Part shown: in pieces, positions 7,829-18,013 of the stretch
How the letters are laid out: the number at the start of each line of letters is the position of its first letter
Position numbering within the stretch: the stretch's first letter is position 1
DNA from: an uncultured Ignavibacteria bacterium
GTDB lineage: Bacteria > Zixibacteria > MSB-5A5 > JAABVY01
Length of the DNA stretch: 64,000 nucleotides
NCBI GenBank assembly: GCA_964496505.1
Contig: CAZBZV010000001.1
Span: 117,209-181,208 of the forward strand
Reading direction: 5' to 3'
Notes under the pieces: generated by a model
Databases searched by the model: none
What the model was told of the DNA's origin: nothing
Seen by the model: the letters and a program-made list of their open reading frames with translations, nothing else
Made by a program: the position numbers and the translations under genes

Positions 7829-8746
7829 CTAATAAAACGCCAATGAAGCCGGGAGGTAGCATTCATCGTTGGCAAATGGACGGTCGCTCATTAAAAGTTC
7901 GTTTTCTTCCAGCTTGAACTTGTTCCTGAACAAAAAGTCAAGCACAGAACCATTACTCCCCGGCACCCATACCATCAGCTTTTCGAATTTCTGAGCGCGC
8001 ATGTAATTTATCGTTTCCGCCAGGCAGGGGATAAGGTACTTCGGTTTAGACACGGCTACCGGAGCAATCACACTGTCCCTTGTAATCCAGGTATATCCCA
8101 CCGGGCGGCCGCGGTATTTGTAAATAAAGCCGTGAACAAACTCGCTGTCTATCCAGAATTTATGATCCTCGGGACGGCATACCCCGCGGTTGGGCAGATC
8201 GAATTTATTCAAAATCGGAATCTGATCGTAATCCTCGATCGGCACAGCCTCCAGATCATAATCGGTCTTAATCTTTTGCACCCGCTTTTTCTTATCATAG
8301 GTCCAGGACATCATGGGCAGCATCTGAATCGGATACATCCCGAACTGAGCGTAAAGCTGAACAGCAAACGGATTGAAGGCAAAAGTCGCCAGTGAACGGG
8401 TATGGATTTCAGCCTCCTTATCGAAATTATATACGCGCTTTAATAACTTCCTGCCGATGCCCTTACCCTGGAAGCGTTGATCGGTAAAAAGATGCGCAAG
8501 ATACCAGTGGCCGTCGCGGATCATAGCCGAGGCATACCCCACCATCCGGTTGCCGGAAAATGCTCCTATCGTGCCGCCCGGATCGGTCCTGAGCAGATGG
8601 CACATCATCGTATTACGGGCGCGTCTCGGTTTATATGGCACCGGCGGCATGCTGTGGGTTTCACGCAGACGATTCATGGTGCGCATGACCAGCCGTTCGG
8701 CCAGCCGTGTATCATCAGGTTTTATCTTTCTTATGCTGAGTTTCAT
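7829..8746 (-). CDS. GNAT-family N-acetyltransferase with C-terminal extension
   Basis: 'FTDQRFQGKGIGRKLLKRV' acetyl-CoA binding Q/R-x-x-G-x-G/A motif. Confidence 0.75.
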   Translation of the reverse strand: MKLSIRKIKPDDTRLAERLVMRTMNRLRETHSMPPVPYKPRRARNTMMCHLLRTDPGGTIGAFSGNRMVGYASAMIRDGHWYLAHLFTDQRFQGKGIGRKLLKRVYNFDKEAEIHTRSLATFAFNPFAVQLYAQFGMYPIQMLPMMSWTYDKKKRVQKIKTDYDLEAVPIEDYDQIPILNKFDLPNRGVCRPEDHKFWIDSEFVHGFIYKYRGRPVGYTWITRDSVIAPVAVSKPKYLIPCLAETINYMRAQKFEKLMVWVPGSNGSVLDFLFRNKFKLEENELLMSDRPFANDECYLPASLAFY

Positions 8747-8994
8747 ATCAACCTCCCGGCGTTATTTCAGGTCTCTCCTTTTGACGATAATTACAGAGAG
8801 AGGTTTCAAAATGGGGTCAATCAACCGATTAATAATAAAAAGGAACCTACGCGCCGGATTGTCAACAAGAATAAAATGGCTAAAAAGCCCCAAAATATAG
8901 GCGGTTTTGTGCGTTTCATTTATAAGTTTTTATTGACTATTGCGAGATGGCCGGTAAATTATATCTTTTTAAGGTGTCATAACGGCGGTTGGCT

Positions 8995-9510
8995 ATGTTA
9001 AACAGGAATGTTCTTATCTTAAATCAGAATTATGAACCGTTGACTGTGTGTTCAGTCAAGAGGGCTGTTGTTATGATGTTATTGGGCAAAGTAGAAATGA
9101 TCGAGACAATGGACGGACATTTGCTGCATTCAGTCAGCGCGGCTATACGAGTTCCCTCGGTGGTGAGGCTGGGCTTTTATGTCAAGGTCCCGCGCAAGCG
9201 TATATTTCTTTCGCGCAAAAATATTATCAAGCGCGACGGGCATAAATGCATGTATTGCGGACGTACCGACGGTGCCATGACGGTGGATCATGTTGTGCCC
9301 AAGCGTATGGGCGGCAAGGATACCTGGGAGAACCTGGTTTGCGCCTGCACTAAATGCAATAACCGCAAGGGTGACCGTACCCCCGAGCAGGCCAATATGA
9401 CATTGATAAAAAAGCCTAAAAAACCCAATCATCTCATGTTCATACAACGGTTTATCGGAATATCCGACGACAACTGGAAGCCCTATTTGTTTATGGAGGA
9501 TTTTCATTAG
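8995..9510 (+). CDS. HNH endonuclease-family protein
   Basis: 'HKCMYCG...DHVVPKRMGGKDTWENLVCACTKCNNRKG' HNH/zinc-finger signature; start taken at ATG 8995 (track start 8989 is TTG). Confidence 0.85.
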   Translation: MLNRNVLILNQNYEPLTVCSVKRAVVMMLLGKVEMIETMDGHLLHSVSAAIRVPSVVRLGFYVKVPRKRIFLSRKNIIKRDGHKCMYCGRTDGAMTVDHVVPKRMGGKDTWENLVCACTKCNNRKGDRTPEQANMTLIKKPKKPNHLMFIQRFIGISDDNWKPYLFMEDFH

Positions 9511-10491
9511 ATGGCACAACAGGTTATTCTTTCCGGGATGCAGCCAACCGGATCACTTCATCTTGGAAATTACGAGGGGGCCTTAAAAAACTGGATCTCA
9601 CTTCAGAACGACTATGAAATGTATTGCTGCATTGTCGACTGGCATTCGTTGACGTCTCTTTATGATAAGACAGAGGTACTCAAGGACCAGATATTTCAGA
9701 TGGCGGTCGATTATATTTCGGCCGGGCTCGACCCGGAAAAATGCGCTATTTTCGTGCAGTCCCAGGTCAAGGAACATTCCGAATTACATCTGCTTTTGTC
9801 GATGATAATACCAACTCCGTGGCTTGAGAGGGTGCCGTCGTACAAGGAAAAATCCAAAACGATGGGACTGGAATCTTACGGCTTTCTGGGATATCCGCTT
9901 CTGCAGGCGGCCGATATTCTGCTCTATCGCGCCAATTACGTTCCAGTCGGCAAGGATCAGCTCCCGCATATCGAGCTGACACGCGAGGTCGCTCGAAGGT
10001 TTAACGGTTTTTACGGTGATGTTTTCCCAGAGCCGAAAGATAAGCTTACGAAATTTGCGGCGGTGCCGGGAGTAGACGGCAACCGTATGAGTAAATCTTA
10101 CGGCAATCATATCTGCCTGGCTGATACGCCCGAGGAAACCGCCAAGAAGATATCGCAGATGTTTACCGATCCTGAGAAGCTGCGCAAGGGTGATCCCGGA
10201 CGTCCGGAGGTTTGCCCGGTTTTCACTCTGCATCAAATCTATTCCAGTAAGGAAGAGGCTGAAAAGATCGACAAGGACTGCCGTTCAGGTGCGCTGGGAT
10301 GTGTGGCTGACAAAAAGCATCTGGCTGAAAATATAAATAATGCGCTGGCTCCGATCCGTGAGAAGGCGGCGGAACTCAGATCGAATCCCGACACTGTCTG
10401 GGATATTCTCAACGAGGGCGCGAACAAAGCACGCGCCAAGGCCGAGGAGACGATGGAAATGGTTCGCAAAGCGATGAGGTTGCTGCCGTGA
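9511..10491 (+). CDS. trpS: tryptophan--tRNA ligase
   Basis: Class I aaRS HIGH-type motif 'SLHLGNY' and KMSKS-type 'RMSKS'; 326 aa. Confidence 0.95.
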   Translation: MAQQVILSGMQPTGSLHLGNYEGALKNWISLQNDYEMYCCIVDWHSLTSLYDKTEVLKDQIFQMAVDYISAGLDPEKCAIFVQSQVKEHSELHLLLSMIIPTPWLERVPSYKEKSKTMGLESYGFLGYPLLQAADILLYRANYVPVGKDQLPHIELTREVARRFNGFYGDVFPEPKDKLTKFAAVPGVDGNRMSKSYGNHICLADTPEETAKKISQMFTDPEKLRKGDPGRPEVCPVFTLHQIYSSKEEAEKIDKDCRSGALGCVADKKHLAENINNALAPIREKAAELRSNPDTVWDILNEGANKARAKAEETMEMVRKAMRLLP

Positions 10492-11246
10492 CGGCTGAAG
10501 AACTTCTGAAAATCAATCCGTACTCCGGTGAGCTCGAGGAGAGCTATGAGGTCAAGCTGGAAAAATTCGAGGGGCCTCTGGATCTCCTGCTTTATCTGAT
10601 TAAGAAGGATGAGATAGACATATACGACATACCCATCGCCCGTATCACACGGCAGTATCTGGAATATGTCGAGATTATGAAGATGCTCAACCTCGATATA
10701 GCGGGGGAGTTTATCCTCATGGCCGCGACCCTTATAAATATAAAATCGCGCATGCTTCTGCCGAGACCTGAAGAGGATGAGTCAGAGGATCCCCGTGAGG
10801 CGCTGATTATGGCTCTGCTTGAATACGAGAAATTCAAGAGGGCCTCGGAAGTGCTGCGTGAAAAGGAATCCGTGGAACAGCAGTTCCTCAGACGGCAGGA
10901 TTATTCATATCTCGATCTCTCACCCGAGGAGTCTTTCACCCTCGAGGCTACGGTATTCGATTTAATGAGGGCTTTCAAGGAAGCGCTTGAAAATCTCGAG
11001 AAAGATATTTACCATACGGTGAAAGTGGAAGAGATAAGTATCGAGGAACGTGTTGAAATTATTGAAAAGATTTTAAATGAGAAAGGACAGGCCTCCTTCC
11101 ATGAACTTTATGCCGACCGACCCTATCGTCTGGTTTTGATCGTGACATTTTTGGCGGTTCTGGAAATGCTCAAACTCAATCGTCTGGTTTTAAGACAGGC
11201 CGTACCTTTCGGACCGATAAGGATTTATTTGAATAACGATGAATGA
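10488..11246 (+). CDS. scpA: segregation and condensation protein A
   Basis: 'KLEKFEGPLDLLLYLIKKDEIDIYDIPIARIT' canonical ScpA N-terminus; overlaps trpS stop. Confidence 0.9.
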   Translation: MTAEELLKINPYSGELEESYEVKLEKFEGPLDLLLYLIKKDEIDIYDIPIARITRQYLEYVEIMKMLNLDIAGEFILMAATLINIKSRMLLPRPEEDESEDPREALIMALLEYEKFKRASEVLREKESVEQQFLRRQDYSYLDLSPEESFTLEATVFDLMRAFKEALENLEKDIYHTVKVEEISIEERVEIIEKILNEKGQASFHELYADRPYRLVLIVTFLAVLEMLKLNRLVLRQAVPFGPIRIYLNNDE

Positions 11247-11976
11247 TAATATAACCGAAGAACTGACAGAAGAATTAACGGAACGGATGAACCTTACCGA
11301 AGCACTGCTGTTTGCCTCGCCGGAGCCTCTGGATCATAAGAAGATATCCCGCTTTCTGGGCAAACTGACGAAGGCTCAGGTAGGTGAAGTTATTCAGGCT
11401 CTCAACGAGAGGTATACCGAAGGCGGACACTCATTTCGGATACGTGAAATTGCCGACGGATTCCAGATTTGTCTTTTACCCAATATGACCATGGCGGTGG
11501 AGAAATTCCTTAAACGCCAGCGTGAACGCCGGCTTACCCAGGCGGGACTGGAAACCCTTTCGGTCATAGCCTATAAACAGCCTGTGACCAAGGGCGAGAT
11601 TGAGCATATCCGCGGGGTTGCGGTTGACGGCCCGCTTAATACACTTCTGGAACGCAAGCTGGTAACAATTGTAGGACGTGCTGAGAAAGTGGGACATCCG
11701 TTGCTGTACGGTACCACCAAGAAGTTTCTGGAATATTTCGGCTTGAAGAATCTGAAGGAGCTTCCGCGAATTGATGAGTTCACCGAAACATATAAAATCA
11801 AGAAAAAATCCTCACAGCAGGAACTGACCTTAAGCGAGGATGAGGAGGGCGAAGAGAAAGAGCCCAAATCCAGACTTAAATTCGTAATGAAAGCGCCAGA
11901 GGAGGATGAAAAAAGTGAGGAGCCCGGGACTGAGGGTATAGAGACTCCAATGGGACGTGATGATGAGGCTGAATAA
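11239..11976 (+). CDS. scpB: segregation and condensation protein B with acidic C-terminal tail
   Basis: 'LTEALLFASPEPL' ScpB start, tandem winged-helix region; follows scpA. Confidence 0.9.
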   Translation: MNDNITEELTEELTERMNLTEALLFASPEPLDHKKISRFLGKLTKAQVGEVIQALNERYTEGGHSFRIREIADGFQICLLPNMTMAVEKFLKRQRERRLTQAGLETLSVIAYKQPVTKGEIEHIRGVAVDGPLNTLLERKLVTIVGRAEKVGHPLLYGTTKKFLEYFGLKNLKELPRIDEFTETYKIKKKSSQQELTLSEDEEGEEKEPKSRLKFVMKAPEEDEKSEEPGTEGIETPMGRDDEAE

Positions 11977-12682
11977 ATTCCTGTCTCGTTGCGGTGTCGC
12001 CTCGCGAAGGCAGGCGGATGAGATGATTCTGGCAGGACGTGTTATAGTCAACGGCCAGAAGGTCGGTCAGCTCGGATTGGTAATTGACGAAATCAATGAT
12101 GTCGTTCGTGTTGATGAGGAAACTGTCCGTCTCCCCGCCGAAGAATCCTATGTCATTCTCAACAAACCCAAAGGATATATCTCCAGTCTGGTGGATAAGT
12201 TCAACCGTCCTACGGTGATCGATTTAATCAAGGGTGTGAAAGATCGTGTCTATCCAGTGGGGCGTCTCGATCTTGATACAGAGGGAATTCTGCTTTTAAC
12301 CAATGACGGTGAGCTGGCTTATCGCCTGGCGCATCCCAAGTATGAAATCAAAAAGGAATATGTAGTAACAATTAAGGGCCTTTTTCCGGAACATTTAACC
12401 GAAAAGATGGAAAAGGGAGTGAAGCTCGAGGATGGTTATCTGGCCAAATCCAAAGCCAAGCTTCTTTCGGCCAACGAGTCCAATTCTGTTATTCAGATGG
12501 TGCTTACCGAGGGCAAGAAAAGGGAAATAAAGAGGATTTTTGCCGCACTGGGATATAATGTTAAGCATCTGAAAAGAATTCGCTTTGCGGATATTTCCTG
12601 CGAGGGGATGCGCACCGGAAGCTGGCGCCAATTAAATCGTAAAGAGGTATTGAAATTAAAGCGCAAGGTCGGTTTGCAATAA
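11957..12682 (+). CDS. rluB: RluB/RsuA-family 23S rRNA pseudouridine synthase
   Basis: S4 domain 'RLNKFLSRCGVASRRQADEMI'; catalytic 'PVGRLDLDTEGILLLTNDGELA'. Confidence 0.85.
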   Translation: MMMRLNKFLSRCGVASRRQADEMILAGRVIVNGQKVGQLGLVIDEINDVVRVDEETVRLPAEESYVILNKPKGYISSLVDKFNRPTVIDLIKGVKDRVYPVGRLDLDTEGILLLTNDGELAYRLAHPKYEIKKEYVVTIKGLFPEHLTEKMEKGVKLEDGYLAKSKAKLLSANESNSVIQMVLTEGKKREIKRIFAALGYNVKHLKRIRFADISCEGMRTGSWRQLNRKEVLKLKRKVGLQ

Positions 12683-12710
12683 CTTCCGGATCAATAAACT
12701 TGCCAATGTA

Positions 12711-13391
12711 ATGTCTTCATTCACCAAAATAATCGCCATAGACGGTCCCGCCGGGTCGGGAAAATCTACCACCGCCCGAAAGGTGGCCGACAGGCTGGGC
12801 TTTATCTTTCTGGATACGGGTGCTATGTATCGTGCCGTTACTTTTCTCGCGCTTGATAAAAAGATTCCGCTTTCCGATTCTGAGGCATTGCAGGATCTGG
12901 CGGCATCAATGCAGATCGAGTTCTCCGACGATTCCGAAGGGCAAAGGGTATCGGTAAATGGCAGAGACGTTACCTCCCAAATCAGGACACCCGAGGTTAC
13001 CGCCGCTGTCAGCGAGGTCTCCGCGCATGCCGGAGTTCGCAGGCACATGGTTGCCAAGCAGAAGGAGATGGGCGAGAAATATGATATTGTTGCCGAAGGC
13101 AGAGATACCACCAGTGTGGTTTTTCCGGATGCCACGTTGAAGGTCTATTTGATGGCCTCGATCGAGGAACGCGCCAAAAGAAGGGTGATAGATTTTCAGA
13201 GAATGGGAAAAATAACCACCGTGCAGGAACAGCTTAAGGCGATTCAGGCTAGGGATGACTACGATTCAGGCCGGGAACATTCACCTCTGAAAATGACCGA
13301 TGATTCCATACAGGTCGACACTACCAAGCTTACCATAGAGGGGCAGGTAAATAAGATCATTGAGCTTTTCAAAGAAAAGATCGGGGAATGA
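12711..13391 (+). CDS. cmk: cytidylate kinase
   Basis: 'IIAIDGPAGSGKSTTARKVA...LDTGAMYRA'. Confidence 0.95.
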   Translation: MSSFTKIIAIDGPAGSGKSTTARKVADRLGFIFLDTGAMYRAVTFLALDKKIPLSDSEALQDLAASMQIEFSDDSEGQRVSVNGRDVTSQIRTPEVTAAVSEVSAHAGVRRHMVAKQKEMGEKYDIVAEGRDTTSVVFPDATLKVYLMASIEERAKRRVIDFQRMGKITTVQEQLKAIQARDDYDSGREHSPLKMTDDSIQVDTTKLTIEGQVNKIIELFKEKIGE

Positions 13392-14005
13392 AACCGTTTT
13401 ATAAATTTTCTTCGGCGGCGGCCAGAATATTCGCCAAATTATTCTACGGTGTAAAAGTGTACGGGCTAGAAAATCTTGATTTCGAGGGACCGGCGCTTCT
13501 GGCTTCCAATCATATTTCACTTTTCGATCCTCCCCTTGTAGGCGGGATAGCGCCTTTCGAGATTCACTTCATGGCCAAGTCGGAGCTTTTCAAAAATCCG
13601 GTGTTCGGGAAACTGATCAGTTCGCTTAATGCATTCCCGGTGAAAAGAGGCTTAATTGACCGCAGGGCTCTCAAGCTCTCGAGCGAGATACTTAAGGGTG
13701 GTGGGAGAATTCTGGTTTTTCCCGAGGGCACGCGGCAAAAAAGCGGCAAATTGTCCAAACCACGTCCGGGCGCAGCCAAGCTTGCGATTGACAATAATGT
13801 CCCGGTTATGCCGGTTTGTCTGATGAATACAAATAAACTCCGCAAGATGGTCTTTTCCCGCGATCATCTGAGGGTCTGCTATGGTAAACTGATAGATACA
13901 GCCACATTTATGCCCGAGGCTGGGGAAAAAGAGCGAATATATGGTCTTTCAGATAAGATTATGGCAGAAATTGCAAATTTACAGGAATTCTTAAAGACCA
14001 CATAA
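13388..14005 (+). CDS. plsC: 1-acyl-sn-glycerol-3-phosphate acyltransferase
   Basis: 'NHISLFDPP' (HxxxxD) and 'FPEGTR' acyltransferase motifs. Confidence 0.8.
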   Translation: MKPFYKFSSAAARIFAKLFYGVKVYGLENLDFEGPALLASNHISLFDPPLVGGIAPFEIHFMAKSELFKNPVFGKLISSLNAFPVKRGLIDRRALKLSSEILKGGGRILVFPEGTRQKSGKLSKPRPGAAKLAIDNNVPVMPVCLMNTNKLRKMVFSRDHLRVCYGKLIDTATFMPEAGEKERIYGLSDKIMAEIANLQEFLKTT

Positions 14006-14155
14006 ACATCCATTCTAATCCAAATTTATCTTAATCTTATTCGTAGTTTATGTGAAAATCTATCGTCGTTTTCCGATGATCAGCAGGTAGTTATAATCAT
14101 GATTTCAGGGGTAACGGGAATAGTGATAATATCAGGGGGAATTTCGCAAAATCCA

Positions 14156-14185
14156 TTGACAAACCTGAAATATTGATTATATACT
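14156..14185 (+). promoter_or_regulatory. sigma70-type promoter for rpsA (TTGACA-N17/18-TATACT)
   Basis: ttgacaaacctgaaatattgattatatact ~50 nt upstream of rpsA ATG with AAAGGAGG RBS. Confidence 0.55.
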
Positions 14186-14237
14186 CGCTAACCCTTTCAA
14201 GGGCAATGCTTGTATGTAAAGGAGGAATTACCGCAAA

Positions 14238-16415
14238 ATGGCAGAGAATGCTGAAAAAAAGAAAAAAACTGCTAAGCGAACAGGAGGTGGTAAAAAGAGT
14301 TCTAAGAAAATCGGAACGAAGGATAAGAGACAGAAGTCAGCCACCCAGAGAAAGCGTTCCAAAGTTGAAGAACGCGCATCGCGTCTGGTTACAGAGGTAG
14401 CCGGAGACGTTCAAACACAAGAAACGAAGCGCCGCAGGCGTGTGGCCAGAAAGGCCGAGGAGAAGCCTGCAAAGCCTGTCGAAGAGGAAATCGAGACAGT
14501 CGAATCGATGAAGCTTACCGATCTCGATGACTCCGATTACGATTCATCAGAGTATGAAGAACTGATGAAGATGTATGAGGAGACTCTCTCGGATTTGAGA
14601 GAGGGCGAGATTATAAGCGGCAAGGTGCTGGGGGTAACGCGTGACGATGTCATAGTAGACGTCGGTTTCAAATCGGAGGGTATAATTCCCATTGAGGAAT
14701 TCCCTGAGCCGGTTAATATCTCGGTCGGAGACGATATTGAGGTATATCTTGATGCTTTCGAGGATCAGAACGGCCAGTTGGTGCTCTCCAAGCGCAAAGC
14801 TGATTTCCTGCGGGTTTGGGATAGAATCCGCGAGTCTTATGAATCCGGAGAACTGGTTCCCGGCCGTGTCAGTCGCAGAATCAAGGGCGGTCTGGTAGTG
14901 GATCTGTTCGGGGTGGATGCATTCCTTCCCGGTTCGCAGGTTGCGTTGCGCCAGGTGCCCAATTTTGACGAGCTGGTGGGGCGGGAGATGGAACTCAAGA
15001 TCATCAAGCTGAACAAAAACCGCAGAAACATAGTCGTCTCACGGCGGGTGGTTCTGGAGCAGGAGCGCGAAGAACTTCGCAGCAAACTGCTGGCGGAAAT
15101 CGAGGCCGGACAGGTCAGAGAAGGTGTGGTCAAAAATATCACCGACTTTGGCGTGTTTATCGATCTCGGCGGTGTTGATGGTCTGTTGCACATTACCGAT
15201 ATGTCATGGGGCCGTATTTCGCATCCATCGGAGATGGTCTCCCTGGGTGAAACGATCAATGTCAAAATCCTTGATTTCGATAAGGAAACAGGCCGCATAT
15301 CACTGGGCTTGAAGCAGCTCTCGCCTTATCCCTGGGAGAATATCGAAGAGAAGTATCCTGTGGGTAAGAAGATCGAGGGCCTGGTCGTATCGTTGACCGA
15401 TTACGGCGCCTTTATCGAACTTGAAAAAGGCATTGAGGGCCTGATACATATTTCCGAAATGTCCTGGACTCAACATATCAAACACCCTTCCAAGATAATG
15501 CAGGTGGGCGATAAGATTGAGGCGGTAGTTCTTTCAGTGGATAAAGAAAACGAGAAGATTTCGCTTGGACTTAAGCAGCTCGTCGAAGATCCCTGGAAGA
15601 CAATTGACGAGAAATATCCGGTAGGCATGAAGCTTAAGGGCCGGGTAAGAAATCTGACAACATTCGGCGCATTTATCGAGCTCGAAGAGGGTATCGACGG
15701 GCTGATTCATATTTCCGACATGTCCTGGACCAAGCGTATCCAGCATCCCTCGGAGATTATGAAGAAGGGCGATGTGGTTGATGTTGTCGTTTTGAAAATC
15801 GATAAGGAAAACCGCAGAATCTCGCTGGGCCATAAGCAGCTCTTCGACGATCCCTGGCCGAATCTGTCCAAGAATTATGCGGTCGGCGCCGATGTGCTCG
15901 GCACTATCGTGCGTATTCTGGATCGCGGCGTGATTGTTGAACTGCCGGGTGGAGTTGAAGGATTCGTTCCGACTAACCAGCTCGGCAAGGACGAACTTGC
16001 CAAACCCGAGGATGCGTTCAAGATCGGCGATGAACTGCCTCTGCAGGTCATCGAATTCGATCAGCCCGGACGCAGAATTGTGCTCTCGGTCGACGCTTAT
16101 TACAAGAAGCGCGAACGCAATGAGCTGGAGCAGTTCCTGGCCAAACATCCGACCAAGACCGTTGGTATGGAGGAGTTTGCCGGTGAAGAGGTGAAGGAGT
16201 CGGAGGAAGGCGGTTCAGAGACTGAAGCCGCTCCCGAAGCTGCCGAGCCAAAACCGGAAGAAGCCGAGGAAAAAGAGCCCGAGGAAGAAAAGAAGCCGGA
16301 GGAAACTCCGGCCGCTCCCGAGCCGCAGGCTCAGGAGGAAGAAGAAAAGCCTTCCGAGGAATCATCCCAATCTGCGGAATCTGAGGACGATGAGGAAAAA
16401 CCGTCTTCAGAATAA
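14238..16415 (+). CDS. rpsA: 30S ribosomal protein S1 with ~90-aa Lys-rich N-terminal and ~90-aa Glu/Pro-rich C-terminal extensions
   Basis: Six S1-domain repeats (…GxV..I.DFGAF…); 725 aa. Confidence 0.95.
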   Translation: MAENAEKKKKTAKRTGGGKKSSKKIGTKDKRQKSATQRKRSKVEERASRLVTEVAGDVQTQETKRRRRVARKAEEKPAKPVEEEIETVESMKLTDLDDSDYDSSEYEELMKMYEETLSDLREGEIISGKVLGVTRDDVIVDVGFKSEGIIPIEEFPEPVNISVGDDIEVYLDAFEDQNGQLVLSKRKADFLRVWDRIRESYESGELVPGRVSRRIKGGLVVDLFGVDAFLPGSQVALRQVPNFDELVGREMELKIIKLNKNRRNIVVSRRVVLEQEREELRSKLLAEIEAGQVREGVVKNITDFGVFIDLGGVDGLLHITDMSWGRISHPSEMVSLGETINVKILDFDKETGRISLGLKQLSPYPWENIEEKYPVGKKIEGLVVSLTDYGAFIELEKGIEGLIHISEMSWTQHIKHPSKIMQVGDKIEAVVLSVDKENEKISLGLKQLVEDPWKTIDEKYPVGMKLKGRVRNLTTFGAFIELEEGIDGLIHISDMSWTKRIQHPSEIMKKGDVVDVVVLKIDKENRRISLGHKQLFDDPWPNLSKNYAVGADVLGTIVRILDRGVIVELPGGVEGFVPTNQLGKDELAKPEDAFKIGDELPLQVIEFDQPGRRIVLSVDAYYKKRERNELEQFLAKHPTKTVGMEEFAGEEVKESEEGGSETEAAPEAAEPKPEEAEEKEPEEEKKPEETPAAPEPQAQEEEEKPSEESSQSAESEDDEEKPSSE

Positions 16416-16434
16416 GATAAATCTGATTCTAATC

Positions 16435-16472
16435 AAACGGGCGGTTTTAGCCGCCCGTTTTTTTCTGACAAT
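16435..16472 (+). terminator. rho-independent terminator after rpsA
   Basis: aaacgggcgg-tttta-gccgcccgttt + TTTTTT. Confidence 0.85.
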
Positions 16473-16508
16473 ATTATTATTATCGGATTATTATTGAGGC
16501 CGGAAAAA

Positions 16509-17783
16509 ATGGCTAAAGTTTCATTTTATACTGTCGGATGCAAACTTAATCAATATGAAACCGAGCTTATAGCACAAAAGCTGGTCGATCTGGGCTTTGA
16601 GCGGGTCGACTGGGCCCAGAGCGCCGACCTGTACATTATAAACAGCTGCACTGTCACAAAAAAGGCGGCCGCCGATTCCCGGCGCAAGCTCTTTGCCGCC
16701 AAAAGACAATCCCCCAATGCCAAGGTGATAATAACCGGCTGCTACGCGCAGATTTGCGCGGAGCTTTTGGGCTCAATGCCGGAGGTCGATCTGGTTGTCT
16801 GTAACGATGATAAGGATAAGATCATATCCAAGATATCGCAGATTTATCCCGATATCGATGCCGATCTTTGTTCGAACGGTAATCCGGCTTTGCGTTCGCT
16901 TCACAAGCACAGCCGGGCCTTGATTAAGATTCAGGACGGCTGTAATCAGCATTGCAGTTACTGTGTGATTCCTCTGGGTCGCGGTTCGGAAAGATCACGC
17001 GATTATAATGAGATCATTGAGGAAATCAAAACGATGGCCTCAAATGGCTATAAAGAGGCTATTTTGACAGGTGTTCATATCGGAAGATATCGCTATAATA
17101 ATGATAACCTCGCCTCGCTTCTCCGGCGGATTTTGGCTGAGACCGATATCGAAAGGCTGCGGCTGTCGTCGGTGGAAGTGAATGAATTAGACAATGACCT
17201 GATCACATTAGCGGCTGAAAATAACCGCATCTGCCCGCATTTCCATATACCTCTGCAAAGCGGATCGGATAAAATACTCAGGTCCATGAGCCGTCCGTAT
17301 AAAACGGATAGATACCGAGAGGTGACCGAAAAGCTGAAATCCACGGTTTCAAACTCCATGGTAGGCGCCGATATAATTGTCGGATTCCCTGGTGAGGGCG
17401 AGCGTGAATTCGAGAGCACCCTGGAATTCGTTGAAAACAGTCCGATCGATTACCTGCATGTCTTCAGCTATTCGGATCATACTCAGGCCAGAAGCCACAA
17501 TTTTAATGGCAAAATAAAGGGGGATATAATAAAGGAACGCAACCACAGGCTTACCAGCCTCGGAAAGCTGAAATGGAATAGATTTCTGAAATCGCAGATG
17601 AGACGCGATTTGCCGGTACTATTCGAGAAGCGTTTTTCAAAAGACTCCGGTATGCTTACCGGCTTATCCGACAATTACATACGTGTTGAATGCCATGGCG
17701 ATGAAAGCTCCTTCAATTCCATAAAATATGTTACCCCCCAAAAAATTCGCGACGGCCGCGTCGAAGGCGATTTAAAACTCTAA
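16509..17783 (+). CDS. mtaB: MiaB-like radical-SAM tRNA methylthiotransferase (MtaB/YqeV-type)
   Basis: MTTase N-domain 'VSFYTVGCKLNQYETE', radical SAM 'CNQHCSYCVIP'; start at ATG 16509 with GAGG RBS (track start 16494 is TTG). Confidence 0.8.
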   Translation: MAKVSFYTVGCKLNQYETELIAQKLVDLGFERVDWAQSADLYIINSCTVTKKAAADSRRKLFAAKRQSPNAKVIITGCYAQICAELLGSMPEVDLVVCNDDKDKIISKISQIYPDIDADLCSNGNPALRSLHKHSRALIKIQDGCNQHCSYCVIPLGRGSERSRDYNEIIEEIKTMASNGYKEAILTGVHIGRYRYNNDNLASLLRRILAETDIERLRLSSVEVNELDNDLITLAAENNRICPHFHIPLQSGSDKILRSMSRPYKTDRYREVTEKLKSTVSNSMVGADIIVGFPGEGEREFESTLEFVENSPIDYLHVFSYSDHTQARSHNFNGKIKGDIIKERNHRLTSLGKLKWNRFLKSQMRRDLPVLFEKRFSKDSGMLTGLSDNYIRVECHGDESSFNSIKYVTPQKIRDGRVEGDLKL

Positions 17784-17952
17784 GATTCATCGATTTAATT
17801 ACCTCTTTAAAGCCTGATTTTGGAAAGATTTGACCTCGAAAAGGGAAATCTTTTCTTGCCGAAATCCATCCCAAGTCATCCCGCACAGCGGTTATAAAAA
17901 TATAAATTGTTGTATATCAGAGCATTGCGGTCACTCCCACATCAAGCTCAAC

Positions 17953-17970
17953 TTGGGCATGCACCTTGCA
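17953..17970 (+). promoter_or_regulatory. candidate sigma54 (-24/-12) promoter upstream of the flagellar operon
   Basis: gGGCAtgcaccTTGCA: GG and GC spaced exactly as in TGGCAC-N5-TTGCA; ~45 nt upstream of ylxF-like ATG. Confidence 0.35.
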
Positions 17971-18013
17971 AAGAGATTCATTGAGTAAATTTATTTTTTG
18001 TGGGAGACCATAT

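Noticed and set aside
15534-16148. 204-aa minus-strand ORF inside rpsA
   Set aside because: Shadow ORF opposite conserved S1-domain coding sequence.
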